Below are positions 9,126-17,894 of a DNA stretch of 64,000 bases, piece after piece. The notes under the pieces were generated by a model. It saw only the letters and a list, made by a program, of their open reading frames with translations, was not told the origin of the DNA and did not search any database. The position numbers were made by a program, and so were the translations under genes. Each line of letters starts with the position of its first letter. The stretch's first letter is position 1. The stretch is from a virus. Where the stretch lies: positions 32,001-96,000 of IMG/VR virus record IMGVR_UViG_3300011339_000793, one strand, 5' to 3'.

Positions 9126-12100
9126 TATGCGGCTCCCTTACGAAGCGAGTAAGCAATCTGACGGGAAACAAGAGCGGCAAGTTCTCTTTCATCCATACCA
9201 GGAGATGGATAAACATTTACAGTCATACCGTTGCCAGAGAGAAGTTCAATCATTGCTTTGTCGCGCTTTGACAAACCATCCGGGTCAAGAGGTTCAACAC
9301 GCTCCGGGCGACCTGCTTCACCAATGCGTGCAAGCATTCCTCCTGAAGTCGCTGGGATAACTCCACCCTTTGCAAGAAAAGGAATGTCAGGGGTATTTAG
9401 TGTAAAACCTTTACCAGCAAGAGGTCCTAGAGGGATTCCAAAAACTGATTTTGGAAATGTTAGACCAAGTGAAAAATTATTCCATTTACCGATAATAAAG
9501 TTTAGAGCGCTCTTAAATGAATCCTTAACGCCGTTGAATAGACCTGCTGCAGCGGTTGCTATTTTTCCTGGAAGTTGTTTTATATAGTCAATAAAACCAG
9601 TAAAAAGGCCTTTTGCTGCATCAATAGCAGTTTTAAGTTTATCCGAAACCCATGACCAAACTTTGGAACCTGCTTCTACAAACTTTGCTGGTAGACCTGT
9701 AATAAAGGTAACGAGGAGACCAAAGTTTGTTTTTATATTTTCAATTCTTTCTTTTACTAAATCAACAATCCAGTCCCAAATCTTAAGACCTAGTTCTTTT
9801 AGTTTTGCGCCTAGCCCTCCAATAAATTCAAAGATGGCAGTCCAGTTGGCAATGAAGTTATCTTTAGCGGTAATAAATACATCAACAATCCAGTCCCAAA
9901 TCTTCTTACCTATTGCTAATAACTTACCAGGAAGTTCTTTAATGAAGTCAAAGATTGCTACCCAAGCACCAATGTAAAGGTCAATTGCTATCTTGAATAC
10001 GTCAACAATCCAATCCCAAATCTTTGCGCCAATCTCTAGCAGTTTCCCGCCTAGACCCTTAATAAAGTCAAAAATTGCTGACCATGCAGCAATGTATAGT
10101 TCTACTGCCGTCTTGAAGGTGTCAACAATCCAGTCCCAAATTTTAGAAGCAAGGGCCGCAATTTTTCCTGGAAGTCCTTTTATAAAATCAAGAATTGTGT
10201 CCCAGTTTTTAACAATTGCAAGGATGGCTAAACCAAATGGTCCAGTAAGAACTGCAAGAATAAGTGGCCAGTTGTCTTTTAGCCAGCCGATTACATTCCC
10301 AACAACCTCTTTTATCTTGTCCCAAATCTTTGGAAGTGCCTCTGTCGTGGCGTCCCAAACCTTTGTGAATATCTCTTTTAGTTTTGTTGGAAGTTCCTTA
10401 AAGAACGCAACAATCTTGTCCCAGTTTTGAATAATAAGAGGAAGAACTAGAAGAAGAATTCCAATTGGTCCACCAAACATTGCAAGTCCTCGACCTGCCG
10501 CACGCATACCAGCACCTGCTGCAGTTGCCGCTCTTGCTAAACCGTATTTTGCTTTAGCCGCTATGTTAGATTGAACAGCGCTCTTTCCAATTAGAGGGGT
10601 TGCAGTTCCAGACTTAACACCTAGTTGTTGGATTGCAGTGCCTGCCTGACCGGCTGATACATAAATCCCCTGCATTGCTGCTTTTTTCTGCTTATCAACA
10701 ATCATTTGTTTTTGGAGTTCTACTCTTGTCAGACCCGAGCCGTTTCTAACTCCTCTAAAAGGGTCACCAGCAGCCATTCCACTGATTGTTCCTTTTAGTT
10801 TGCCAAAAGTTCCAATAACTCTAGATACGTTTCCAATTACTACCTTCGAGAAAAATCCTATTGACTTATATACAATTCCAAAAGCCGCTGCAATAGGAAG
10901 AACAAATGAGGCTGCATTTATAAGTGCTTTTCCAATAGGGCTTCCAAAGAAAGTATTGAGAGCACCAAGAATTTTACTTAAAACATTGAAAAATGTTGTT
11001 ATAGAACCTGATTCAGTAAATTTTTGCACGAGGAGAGAGAATTGAATTAAGAAGTCACCAAAAGCAGGCAAAGAGCCTGTTAGCCCTTCTCCAATTTCTC
11101 CAAAAATATCAGCAACTTTTCCTAGTTGCTTAAAGAAAATACCTAGTTCAGGGTTGTCAGCAAGTTTTATAAAGTTTCCAAGAATTTTTCCTACTAAATC
11201 AAATAATGCTGTTCCATTTTTGGCAGCATCAGCAAAAAATTCTTTTAAGGGTTTACCATCTATTTCTTCTAACTTCTTAAACTTTTCGCTAGCCTTTTCA
11301 AAGTAATCTAAGAAAATTTGACCACCACTACCAGGCCCTACGTTGGCATCAAATATTTTTCCAATCCCAGCAAAAACATTGCTAAAAATTCTTCCTAGTT
11401 GTTTGATGGCAAGTCTTGCTGTATCAAATCTTTTGGCAAGTTTTCCAGTCTTCTCATCTGCTTTAAGGGTCTCTTTCCAACCACCTGTAAGAGTAACTAG
11501 CCACTTACCAAACTCGTCAATAAGAGGTTTTGCTGCTGTTAGTAGAATAAGGAATACTTCATAGAGATTAGAAGTGGCATCGCCTAAGTTAGTTATAAAG
11601 GTATCGTTTGTCTCCCAGATACTCTTTAGTCGCTCTAAATTCTCTGCTGAAGTTATTGTTTCTGAGAGTTTTATGGCTACATCGCCAATAACTCCACCTG
11701 TTTTTTCAAAAAGAGGAATCAATACAGGAAGAAGTTTAGTTCTTATGTTTTCTAGTGCTGTCTCTAGTTTTGGAAATAAATTTTTACCAGCGGCAGTTTT
11801 TAGTGCTTTAAGTGCTGGTATAAAAGTCTTAACCATATACTCAGCAAATTTTCTTGCTTCAGGAGATAAATCAGCAAGAGCCTCCGCGTAAGCATCAGCA
11901 GCACCCGCGGCATCGTCCGTACTGTTTTTTAGTTCCTTCAAATCATAAGCAGCACGCTTCTGCGCCTCTTTATTATCAATAATTAGATTCTTAAGGTCGC
12001 CTACAGCATCTTTTTGTTCGTTGAAAGCATCAACTACTTTTTGCTGACCCTTTACTTGACTGTCTAAATCTGGTCCAAGTTTTGCGTTATTTGCTTCTTG

Positions 12101-12943
12101 CTCTTTTAGGTCATTGTTAGCGTCAATGGCACGACGGTAGTTGAGGTCAGCCTCGGCGAAGGCAAGTTCTGCTTCTTTGCGGGCACGAGAGTTAGGGGGA
12201 AGGTCAGCAACTCGAGCAAGTGCCTCTCTTGCTTTTTCCAAATCAAGAGCGGCTTTTTGTTCGCTAATTGCAGCATCTTCAGAATCAAAAGCAAGTTGTT
12301 GAAGTTCTTCTCTTGCTTCTCGTAAGGAATCTACGTACGCTTTGTTGGCATCTGTTACACGTTTTCTGCCATCTTCTTCTGCCTCAGCGTTGTCTCTAAT
12401 GAGTCGTGCGTAGTCAACTTGGGCTCTACGAATTTTTTCAGTTAAATCTTTTTGTTTCTTGGCAGCAGCAACCCCACCCTTTTGAGCCTTAGTTCCTGCT
12501 TGTATTGCTTTTGCTACTCCTGAAAAAGCAAGTTTTACCGTTATTGCAGCCTGCGCTAAAGCAGTAAACGCTCCTGCTAAAGTAACTAAGGCTGGTAAGG
12601 TAGCGGCGCCAATTACGCTGACTAAACTTATAAGGCTAGTTCCAACAACTCCAATAGCGCCAGCGACAGCAGTAACTGCGGGTTGAATAAAATATAACTT
12701 ACGAGTTAAGTTAGAAAACTGTCTAGCAGTATCTTCAGCGGACCTTAAAAACTTTGGACTAAAAAGCCCTCCGCCTTTACCAGAGGAACGAGCAAAGCCC
12801 TTTTGAAACTCTCCTCCAACTCGATTACCAGAGTCTCTACCTACTTTGTCTGCATTGTTAAATGCGCTGGCAATCTCTTTTTCGACACCAGCAGTGATAG
12901 CGCGTACAACTACATATGCATCACCAACTATTGGACCTGCCAC
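9125..12943 (-). CDS. Tape measure protein
   Basis: 1272 aa, helical Ala/Lys-rich, Trp-periodic repeats, hydrophobic segments, GEAGRPERV C-terminal motif; follows tail chaperones. Confidence 0.92.
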   Translation of the reverse strand: MAGPIVGDAYVVVRAITAGVEKEIASAFNNADKVGRDSGNRVGGEFQKGFARSSGKGGGLFSPKFLRSAEDTARQFSNLTRKLYFIQPAVTAVAGAIGVVGTSLISLVSVIGAATLPALVTLAGAFTALAQAAITVKLAFSGVAKAIQAGTKAQKGGVAAAKKQKDLTEKIRRAQVDYARLIRDNAEAEEDGRKRVTDANKAYVDSLREAREELQQLAFDSEDAAISEQKAALDLEKAREALARVADLPPNSRARKEAELAFAEADLNYRRAIDANNDLKEQEANNAKLGPDLDSQVKGQQKVVDAFNEQKDAVGDLKNLIIDNKEAQKRAAYDLKELKNSTDDAAGAADAYAEALADLSPEARKFAEYMVKTFIPALKALKTAAGKNLFPKLETALENIRTKLLPVLIPLFEKTGGVIGDVAIKLSETITSAENLERLKSIWETNDTFITNLGDATSNLYEVFLILLTAAKPLIDEFGKWLVTLTGGWKETLKADEKTGKLAKRFDTARLAIKQLGRIFSNVFAGIGKIFDANVGPGSGGQIFLDYFEKASEKFKKLEEIDGKPLKEFFADAAKNGTALFDLVGKILGNFIKLADNPELGIFFKQLGKVADIFGEIGEGLTGSLPAFGDFLIQFSLLVQKFTESGSITTFFNVLSKILGALNTFFGSPIGKALINAASFVLPIAAAFGIVYKSIGFFSKVVIGNVSRVIGTFGKLKGTISGMAAGDPFRGVRNGSGLTRVELQKQMIVDKQKKAAMQGIYVSAGQAGTAIQQLGVKSGTATPLIGKSAVQSNIAAKAKYGLARAATAAGAGMRAAGRGLAMFGGPIGILLLVLPLIIQNWDKIVAFFKELPTKLKEIFTKVWDATTEALPKIWDKIKEVVGNVIGWLKDNWPLILAVLTGPFGLAILAIVKNWDTILDFIKGLPGKIAALASKIWDWIVDTFKTAVELYIAAWSAIFDFIKGLGGKLLEIGAKIWDWIVDVFKIAIDLYIGAWVAIFDFIKELPGKLLAIGKKIWDWIVDVFITAKDNFIANWTAIFEFIGGLGAKLKELGLKIWDWIVDLVKERIENIKTNFGLLVTFITGLPAKFVEAGSKVWSWVSDKLKTAIDAAKGLFTGFIDYIKQLPGKIATAAAGLFNGVKDSFKSALNFIIGKWNNFSLGLTFPKSVFGIPLGPLAGKGFTLNTPDIPFLAKGGVIPATSGGMLARIGEAGRPERVEPLDPDGLSKRDKAMIELLSGNGMTVNVYPSPGMDERELAALVSRQIAYSLRKGAA
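9700..10200. repeat. 120-bp (40-aa) tandem repeats in tape measure
   Basis: tcaacaatcca(g/a)tcccaaa recurs near 9761, 9881, 10001, 10121 (KIWDWIVD). Confidence 0.9.
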
Positions 12944-12966
12944 GCGCCATCACCTCCAGTAATTTT

Positions 12967-13302
12967 CTATTCCAACGGAGCGTCTATACCTTTACCAAAA
13001 GGCTTGATGAGAGTGTCATCAAACTCTGTTGGCGGGATATATGGCTTTGTTGGTTGTTCTTTAGGGTCAAAAGGTTTTAGTTCTTCGTCTAGTGGGTAGT
13101 CATAATCAAAAGTATTTGATTTTGACCCCTGAGACATAAGATATTTTGTGTTATAAAACTCTCTATAAAAAAGAGTTCTAACTTTATCTTTAGCATCAAT
13201 GTGTTCACCACTCTGAGCCATAGTTATATCATCCTCGAGAATGACATGAATGACGTCTAACATATCGCTCATATCCATTCCCGAAAGTTGTAAACCGCTC
13301 AT
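12967..13302 (-). CDS. Tail assembly chaperone, T part (frame open upstream to 13389)
   Basis: Directly upstream of tape measure; frame is open 29 codons above the ATG (...AIAEWAVALWPYVNGKAL-MSG), overlapping the upstream gene in the -1 frame. Confidence 0.7.
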   Translation of the reverse strand: MSGLQLSGMDMSDMLDVIHVILEDDITMAQSGEHIDAKDKVRTLFYREFYNTKYLMSQGSKSNTFDYDYPLDEELKPFDPKEQPTKPYIPPTEFDDTLIKPFGKGIDAPLE

Positions 13303-13334
13303 AAGTGCTTTTCCATTGACATAGGGCCAGAGTG

Positions 13335-13685
13335 CTACTGCCCACTCTGCGATTGCTCTGGCCCCTGATTCGGGCGGTTTGAGTATTGCTCAACAATCCA
13401 TCCCGTAATTTCTCCAAGGGTATCTACAGAAACAATCTTGTCAGTTGTCTCTAGAAGAGCATTAAATCGTTCTTTGCTTTCTGGAACCAAAACAGCATCA
13501 AAAAAGTCAGTAATAACTTTTGTTGCTGCCGCTTGGTCATTTGAAGATGCAGTTGAAACCATCTCAAGGAGGACTTTTCCTTGAATGGCTGGATTACACT
13601 GGAACTCTTCTCCGTGTAACTTGAAAGACAGTGGTTCATTGATGGCTTGTCCGCCATCTCCGAAGTCTTTGAATCTCGGTGTCAT
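13335..13685 (-). CDS. Tail assembly chaperone, G part
   Basis: 116 aa acidic/helical, two genes before tape measure. Confidence 0.75.
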   Translation of the reverse strand: MTPRFKDFGDGGQAINEPLSFKLHGEEFQCNPAIQGKVLLEMVSTASSNDQAAATKVITDFFDAVLVPESKERFNALLETTDKIVSVDTLGEITGWIVEQYSNRPNQGPEQSQSGQ

Positions 13686-13731
13686 ATTATTTCCTTATCT
13701 TTTGTCGTTTACTACTTTTGTAGTAAATATT

Positions 13732-14118
13732 TTACTTCATTATACGAAGGTTATCTGAGAGATAACGATTCGCTTTTGTCCCTGGATGCATAACAGCGTG
13801 TGCAAATACAACCGAAGAACCTCTTGTAAAACGCAAAACCTGAGCCCTATTTGGTGTAATAAGGTGAGGTTTTGTTCCTTCATGATGGGCTAGTGCGTAG
13901 TTTAGTTTAGAACCAATTTTTACAAATTGACCTCTAGAATCTCTGGAATGTCTCATATGGATAGAAGCACGAAGTGCTCCCGTTTGAACTCCCACCTGAG
14001 CCTTTGCCATTGCAGTTATTAGCCCACCTTTTTTTGCTAAATATCTTCCAACAGTTCCTGAAGGACTATTTAGCAAAAAATCCATTTCCGCTTTACGCGG
14101 TACGAATACGGTTGCCAT
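13732..14118 (-). CDS. HK97 gp10-like tail completion / head-tail protein
   Basis: Basic 128 aa with TGALRASI, YALAHHEGTKPH, HPGT.ANRYL motifs. Confidence 0.8.
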   Translation of the reverse strand: MATVFVPRKAEMDFLLNSPSGTVGRYLAKKGGLITAMAKAQVGVQTGALRASIHMRHSRDSRGQFVKIGSKLNYALAHHEGTKPHLITPNRAQVLRFTRGSSVVFAHAVMHPGTKANRYLSDNLRIMK

Positions 14119-14630
14119 TATGGAATCGCCGTAGTTAGTGTGAGAACCGTAGATTGAAGACCGCCTTCAGCGCTTCTGCTTTCAACAGTTGCTATTACTC
14201 CTAACCCAAAGCCACCTGCTTCCCAAGTGTCTAGTTGAGCAGCGCTATCTAAAAGAATGTAGGCATCGTAGGCAATAATTTCTGCCGCATTTTGAATTGT
14301 TTCTGCTGACGGTGGTCTTCCGTTTTGACCTACTACAGGGATAGAACGAGTCACTGTTACATTCAAAGTTGCACTTCTTGGGTCATTACATCTGCGTGGT
14401 TGGTTTGCTTCATCCCCAGGTGAACCGACATACATTTGAAGAAACGATACAACAACTTGTTCGCAATCAAGTGCTGGCTCCCCCATCGTGAAATACTGAC
14501 GAGAAGGTAGAGGCATGGTGTAAGAAGCATACGAACTAACTACCTGAGCCAAAACATTCTCGAGTAGGTTTGCTAAGTTTTTAGCGCCAGCGTTAACAGT
14601 AGCCTTGTTGATAGTTGTAGTTGTGCTCAT
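14118..14630 (-). CDS. Putative tail terminator / head-tail joining protein
   Basis: 170 aa between head-tail adaptor and gp10-like gene; synteny only. Confidence 0.55.
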   Translation of the reverse strand: MSTTTTINKATVNAGAKNLANLLENVLAQVVSSYASYTMPLPSRQYFTMGEPALDCEQVVVSFLQMYVGSPGDEANQPRRCNDPRSATLNVTVTRSIPVVGQNGRPPSAETIQNAAEIIAYDAYILLDSAAQLDTWEAGGFGLGVIATVESRSAEGGLQSTVLTLTTAIP

Positions 14631-14653
14631 TCGTCTCTCCTCCTAGTCCAACT

Positions 14654-15793
14654 CTACAGTGTGTAGATAGGTTCTACCCTAGTTGCTAGTTGGAATGAAA
14701 CGTTTCCTGTTAAGAGATTTACGACTTCATCTACGTTAGGATTTCCTAAACTTGGACGTCTGCAGTAGATGTCATAAGAGCCAGGCTCTCTTGGTCCAAG
14801 AATGTTTAGTATTTGTTCATAAGTAACATTAAGAGTTATTTTTTGTGTAGCCCTATTGAGAACTGCTGCAGTTGACAAAACTTCTGTTTTTGCTCCAGTG
14901 TAATCAGAGACTGTTAGAGATACTGTCCAAGCGTTATCGTTAACTAAGAAATCTCCGCTTACTTCATCTAAGTAAATTACTACACTTCCACCAGTTGGCA
15001 ACACTTTTAAGTCAAATGCTGTTTCTGTAAATAAATAAGGTTTTGGTGTAATTCTGCGAGCCCTAGGCACATCTGGACTAAATACTCTTGAACGTGCACG
15101 AGCATTGTCTGGGTTGCTAGTTTTCAAAAATAAATCTACTACATACAGCCCTGTTCGTCCTTCAGCAATAAAATCTTGATTGTCAAGTATTGTGTAGGAA
15201 ACTCCTTGACGAGAAACTGAAGTTACTCTTTGAGGTAGTGCGCAAGAATCGTCGTTTTCATAAAGTTTAATGAGTTCTGTTGCAAGAATTCGCGCAGCAT
15301 TTGCTCCGGCAACGGGAGGAGGTGTTCCATAAGAATATGTAACCTCTACGTTTGCTGGTGTCCAGTTTGCCCCAGGTGTTGCTAAAAGAGTTGAGTGCTC
15401 AACTAAATAGTATTTAGTTGGGTCAATGATGGAGCCTGCTATATCTCTAACAGTGTGGACTTTAATAACTTTTCGTCCTCTAAGACGCACTCTTGTGCCA
15501 GCAGATGTTCCATCACCCTGATAGTCGTCATCGCCATAGGGACCAGAACCGCCTACACGAATATTTTTTACTTCTCCATCAATAAGAGTTGGAGAGTATG
15601 TAAGGGCTGAAGCGCCAGTTCTTAGATACGGGTCAAAAGAAGAGACATATCTTTCAGTAACTGTTGTAATTCCGTTATATTTGCGGCCAGACATAGCCCA
15701 TAGTAAATGAGAAGCAGTCTTTATAGCATCGTAGGCATAGTCAGAATTGGCGTAAGAGCCTAAGTCCTCTACGTTAGTCCATAAATTACTCAT
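14654..15793 (-). CDS. Head-to-tail adaptor with C-terminal extension
   Basis: AS.LLWAMSGR.Y, V.YSYG..PP, LPQRVTSVSRQGVSY motifs seen in actinophage adaptors. Confidence 0.7.
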   Translation of the reverse strand: MSNLWTNVEDLGSYANSDYAYDAIKTASHLLWAMSGRKYNGITTVTERYVSSFDPYLRTGASALTYSPTLIDGEVKNIRVGGSGPYGDDDYQGDGTSAGTRVRLRGRKVIKVHTVRDIAGSIIDPTKYYLVEHSTLLATPGANWTPANVEVTYSYGTPPPVAGANAARILATELIKLYENDDSCALPQRVTSVSRQGVSYTILDNQDFIAEGRTGLYVVDLFLKTSNPDNARARSRVFSPDVPRARRITPKPYLFTETAFDLKVLPTGGSVVIYLDEVSGDFLVNDNAWTVSLTVSDYTGAKTEVLSTAAVLNRATQKITLNVTYEQILNILGPREPGSYDIYCRRPSLGNPNVDEVVNLLTGNVSFQLATRVEPIYTL

Positions 15794-15812
15794 CTATGCC
15801 TCCATAAAACAG

Positions 15813-15864
15813 AAAAGCGAACGACGACCATGTGTACTAATGACACGACTGGTTCGTCGTTCGC
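15813..15864 (-). terminator. Intrinsic terminator after major tail protein
   Basis: gcgaacgacgacca...tggttcgtcgttcgc stem followed by a U-run on the minus strand. Confidence 0.75.
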
Positions 15865-15875
15865 CTCCTATATAA

Positions 15876-16922
15876 CTATACTGTTGGGTCCAAATTAGAA
15901 GCGATGATAAAGTCAGTAGCATTATCAGCGTTATATGCTCCACTACCAGGAACGTTGTATGCAGTTGTTGAGCCTTGTGAAGTAAAGTCAGATACTGCAG
16001 TGTATCCACGGTTTCTGACTGCTGTTCCACTTGGGCTAACCGCTGCTGAAGCAACGTTTGCTGATGTTTTAGCATATGAGAAAGATGTAGCACTTGGAAC
16101 GTTGGTAATTGTGTAAGTACCATTGAATGTAGCATCTACACCAGCAACAGTTACAGTTTGACCTGCAAGATATCCGTGTGCCACTGCTGTTGTTAGTGTT
16201 GCTACGTTGGTTGTCAAAGACTTGTTGTTTACTACGGATGATAGATTGCCATACCAACTGTAGAAGCCTGTTAGTCCTGTTGGTGCCCAATCGCCACGAG
16301 CGTATGAGTATGGACGCTCTGCTGCTACTGGATACTCCCAGCGGCCATCTGGTCCAGTACCGAACTCTTCGTTTCCAAGTCCATAACCTTCAAATGTAGT
16401 AGCAAGTAATCCGTTTTCAATTACGCGGTCACCTGACTGACGCAATTTGGCGTATGGGAATACCCAGTAGAAGTAAGGAAGCGATGCGGCACGCTTTCCA
16501 TCCTTAACTGCGAATGACCAAACTTCAATAGAGACACCATTTCCTGCAGGGTCATCTCCTACACCTGGTGAGGCGTATCCGATTGACTTACGGTTTGGAG
16601 TACCGACTGACCCGAAGTTCTTACGAAGTAACAAACCACCTGATAGCAGCGCTGTTAGTTCTGGGTCTGGTTCGCAAATTGCGATTTCCATAGTAATTCT
16701 TTTTAATGTGTCAGGGGCTTTGTATGACACGCATACTGTGCCGTCTGCTGCTTTTTCTGTAATTTCGTCACCCTCTTCATATTCTGGGGTGAACGAAGCG
16801 CGAAGGAACGCCGAGGTTGTGTAACTGTCACCGTCTCCAGTGAGCAAAGTTCCTGAGGCGTCGAGTCTTGTAACTCGAATCGCCACGCCTTGGACGCTAG
16901 CCGCGTAGTCCTGAGTGGCCAT
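15876..16922 (-). CDS. Major tail protein with C-terminal beta-rich decoration domain
   Basis: 348 aa; RVTRLD.SG, PEYEEGDEITEK.ADG.VC, ICEPDPEL motifs of actinophage tail tube proteins; strong SD (AAGGAG). Confidence 0.85.
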   Translation of the reverse strand: MATQDYAASVQGVAIRVTRLDASGTLLTGDGDSYTTSAFLRASFTPEYEEGDEITEKAADGTVCVSYKAPDTLKRITMEIAICEPDPELTALLSGGLLLRKNFGSVGTPNRKSIGYASPGVGDDPAGNGVSIEVWSFAVKDGKRAASLPYFYWVFPYAKLRQSGDRVIENGLLATTFEGYGLGNEEFGTGPDGRWEYPVAAERPYSYARGDWAPTGLTGFYSWYGNLSSVVNNKSLTTNVATLTTAVAHGYLAGQTVTVAGVDATFNGTYTITNVPSATSFSYAKTSANVASAAVSPSGTAVRNRGYTAVSDFTSQGSTTAYNVPGSGAYNADNATDFIIASNLDPTV

Positions 16923-17097
16923 TCCATTATCTCCTTAGTTTAATGCTTTACGCTTGCTGAGGCACTGCGACCCGCATTGCGTAATGGCAAGATGGGTCAA
17001 AGTATACCGCAGCGGCACGCACCGCTTTGATTTTACTATCATTTTTTGCGTATCCAACACCTTGCGATATTGAATCATTTACAACTTCTGATTTGCT

Positions 17098-17829
17098 TTA
17101 ATGAACATCTACAGGTCCTGTAGCAAACATCCAACGATTTGTTAGAGATGCAGTTGCTCCAGTAGCCCCTATAGGACCGTTTCCTGTGTAACCAGAACCA
17201 ACAATCACATCTGTCCCTAAACGAGTCATCGTGCGACCAGTTTTTCCTTCTGGGCCTGGTAAATAAATTAATTTTGAACCTAAAAGTGAGGCAACATCTC
17301 TAGTCATATGGATGACTCCATTTTGCCCTGTAGGTGAGGCTGCTAATGCTTGTTCTAAATGAAATAAAGCGTATGAAGGGTCGTGTGCGCCTGCACTTGG
17401 AATGACTGATGCGCTTGCCTTAGTTAAGAAATTGTTTGCATTTGAATCAGCAAGGGCTGCTTGCCCCTCCCAAAGTTCACGTTCAACAGCCTTCTGGGTT
17501 GCTGCTTCAAGTTGCTTAATAGCAATCTTAAAGCGGTCTTCTCCAAGAATTCCAAATAAAGATTGAGCAATTTCTGACTCAATAAAAAATGGAACATAAT
17601 CTAAATAATTTACTGATGCACTTGCATCAAATAGTTCTCCATTAGTTACTACCGCATCATCTACAGTAAGTAATCTAATAGTTGCGTATGAATCAAATTC
17701 ATAGGCAAAACCTCTTACCCAGCGTTCATCATACTTTGCTGAGTTATGAGTCATTACACGAGCAACGCTCAGGACACCGTTAGGAGTGGGCACTAACTCA
17801 GGGGCTTCATAAATCCCACGAAATGCCAT
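17098..17829 (-). CDS. Capsid-associated / decoration-like protein, apparently interrupted by an in-frame TAA (frame continues to 16948)
   Basis: 243 aa directly after capsid gene; 49 further in-frame sense codons follow the TAA and end just before the next SD. Confidence 0.65.
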   Translation of the reverse strand: MAFRGIYEAPELVPTPNGVLSVARVMTHNSAKYDERWVRGFAYEFDSYATIRLLTVDDAVVTNGELFDASASVNYLDYVPFFIESEIAQSLFGILGEDRFKIAIKQLEAATQKAVERELWEGQAALADSNANNFLTKASASVIPSAGAHDPSYALFHLEQALAASPTGQNGVIHMTRDVASLLGSKLIYLPGPEGKTGRTMTRLGTDVIVGSGYTGNGPIGATGATASLTNRWMFATGPVDVH

Positions 17830-17894
17830 TTTAATACTCCTTTGATGTCCTGAGCGTTAACTCTTTAGTAATTTTTTCTACTGACTAATGAATT

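Noticed and set aside
9700-10200. 120-bp repeats as a mobile or regulatory array
   Set aside because: In-frame 40-aa Trp repeats typical of tape measure proteins.
15794-16135. 113-aa minus-strand ORF overlapping the major tail gene
   Set aside because: Alternate frame that runs through a terminator hairpin; no start signal.
16948-17100. Alternative genetic code (stop recoding)
   Set aside because: TAA, TAG and TGA all terminate well-packed genes elsewhere; only one interrupted gene was seen.
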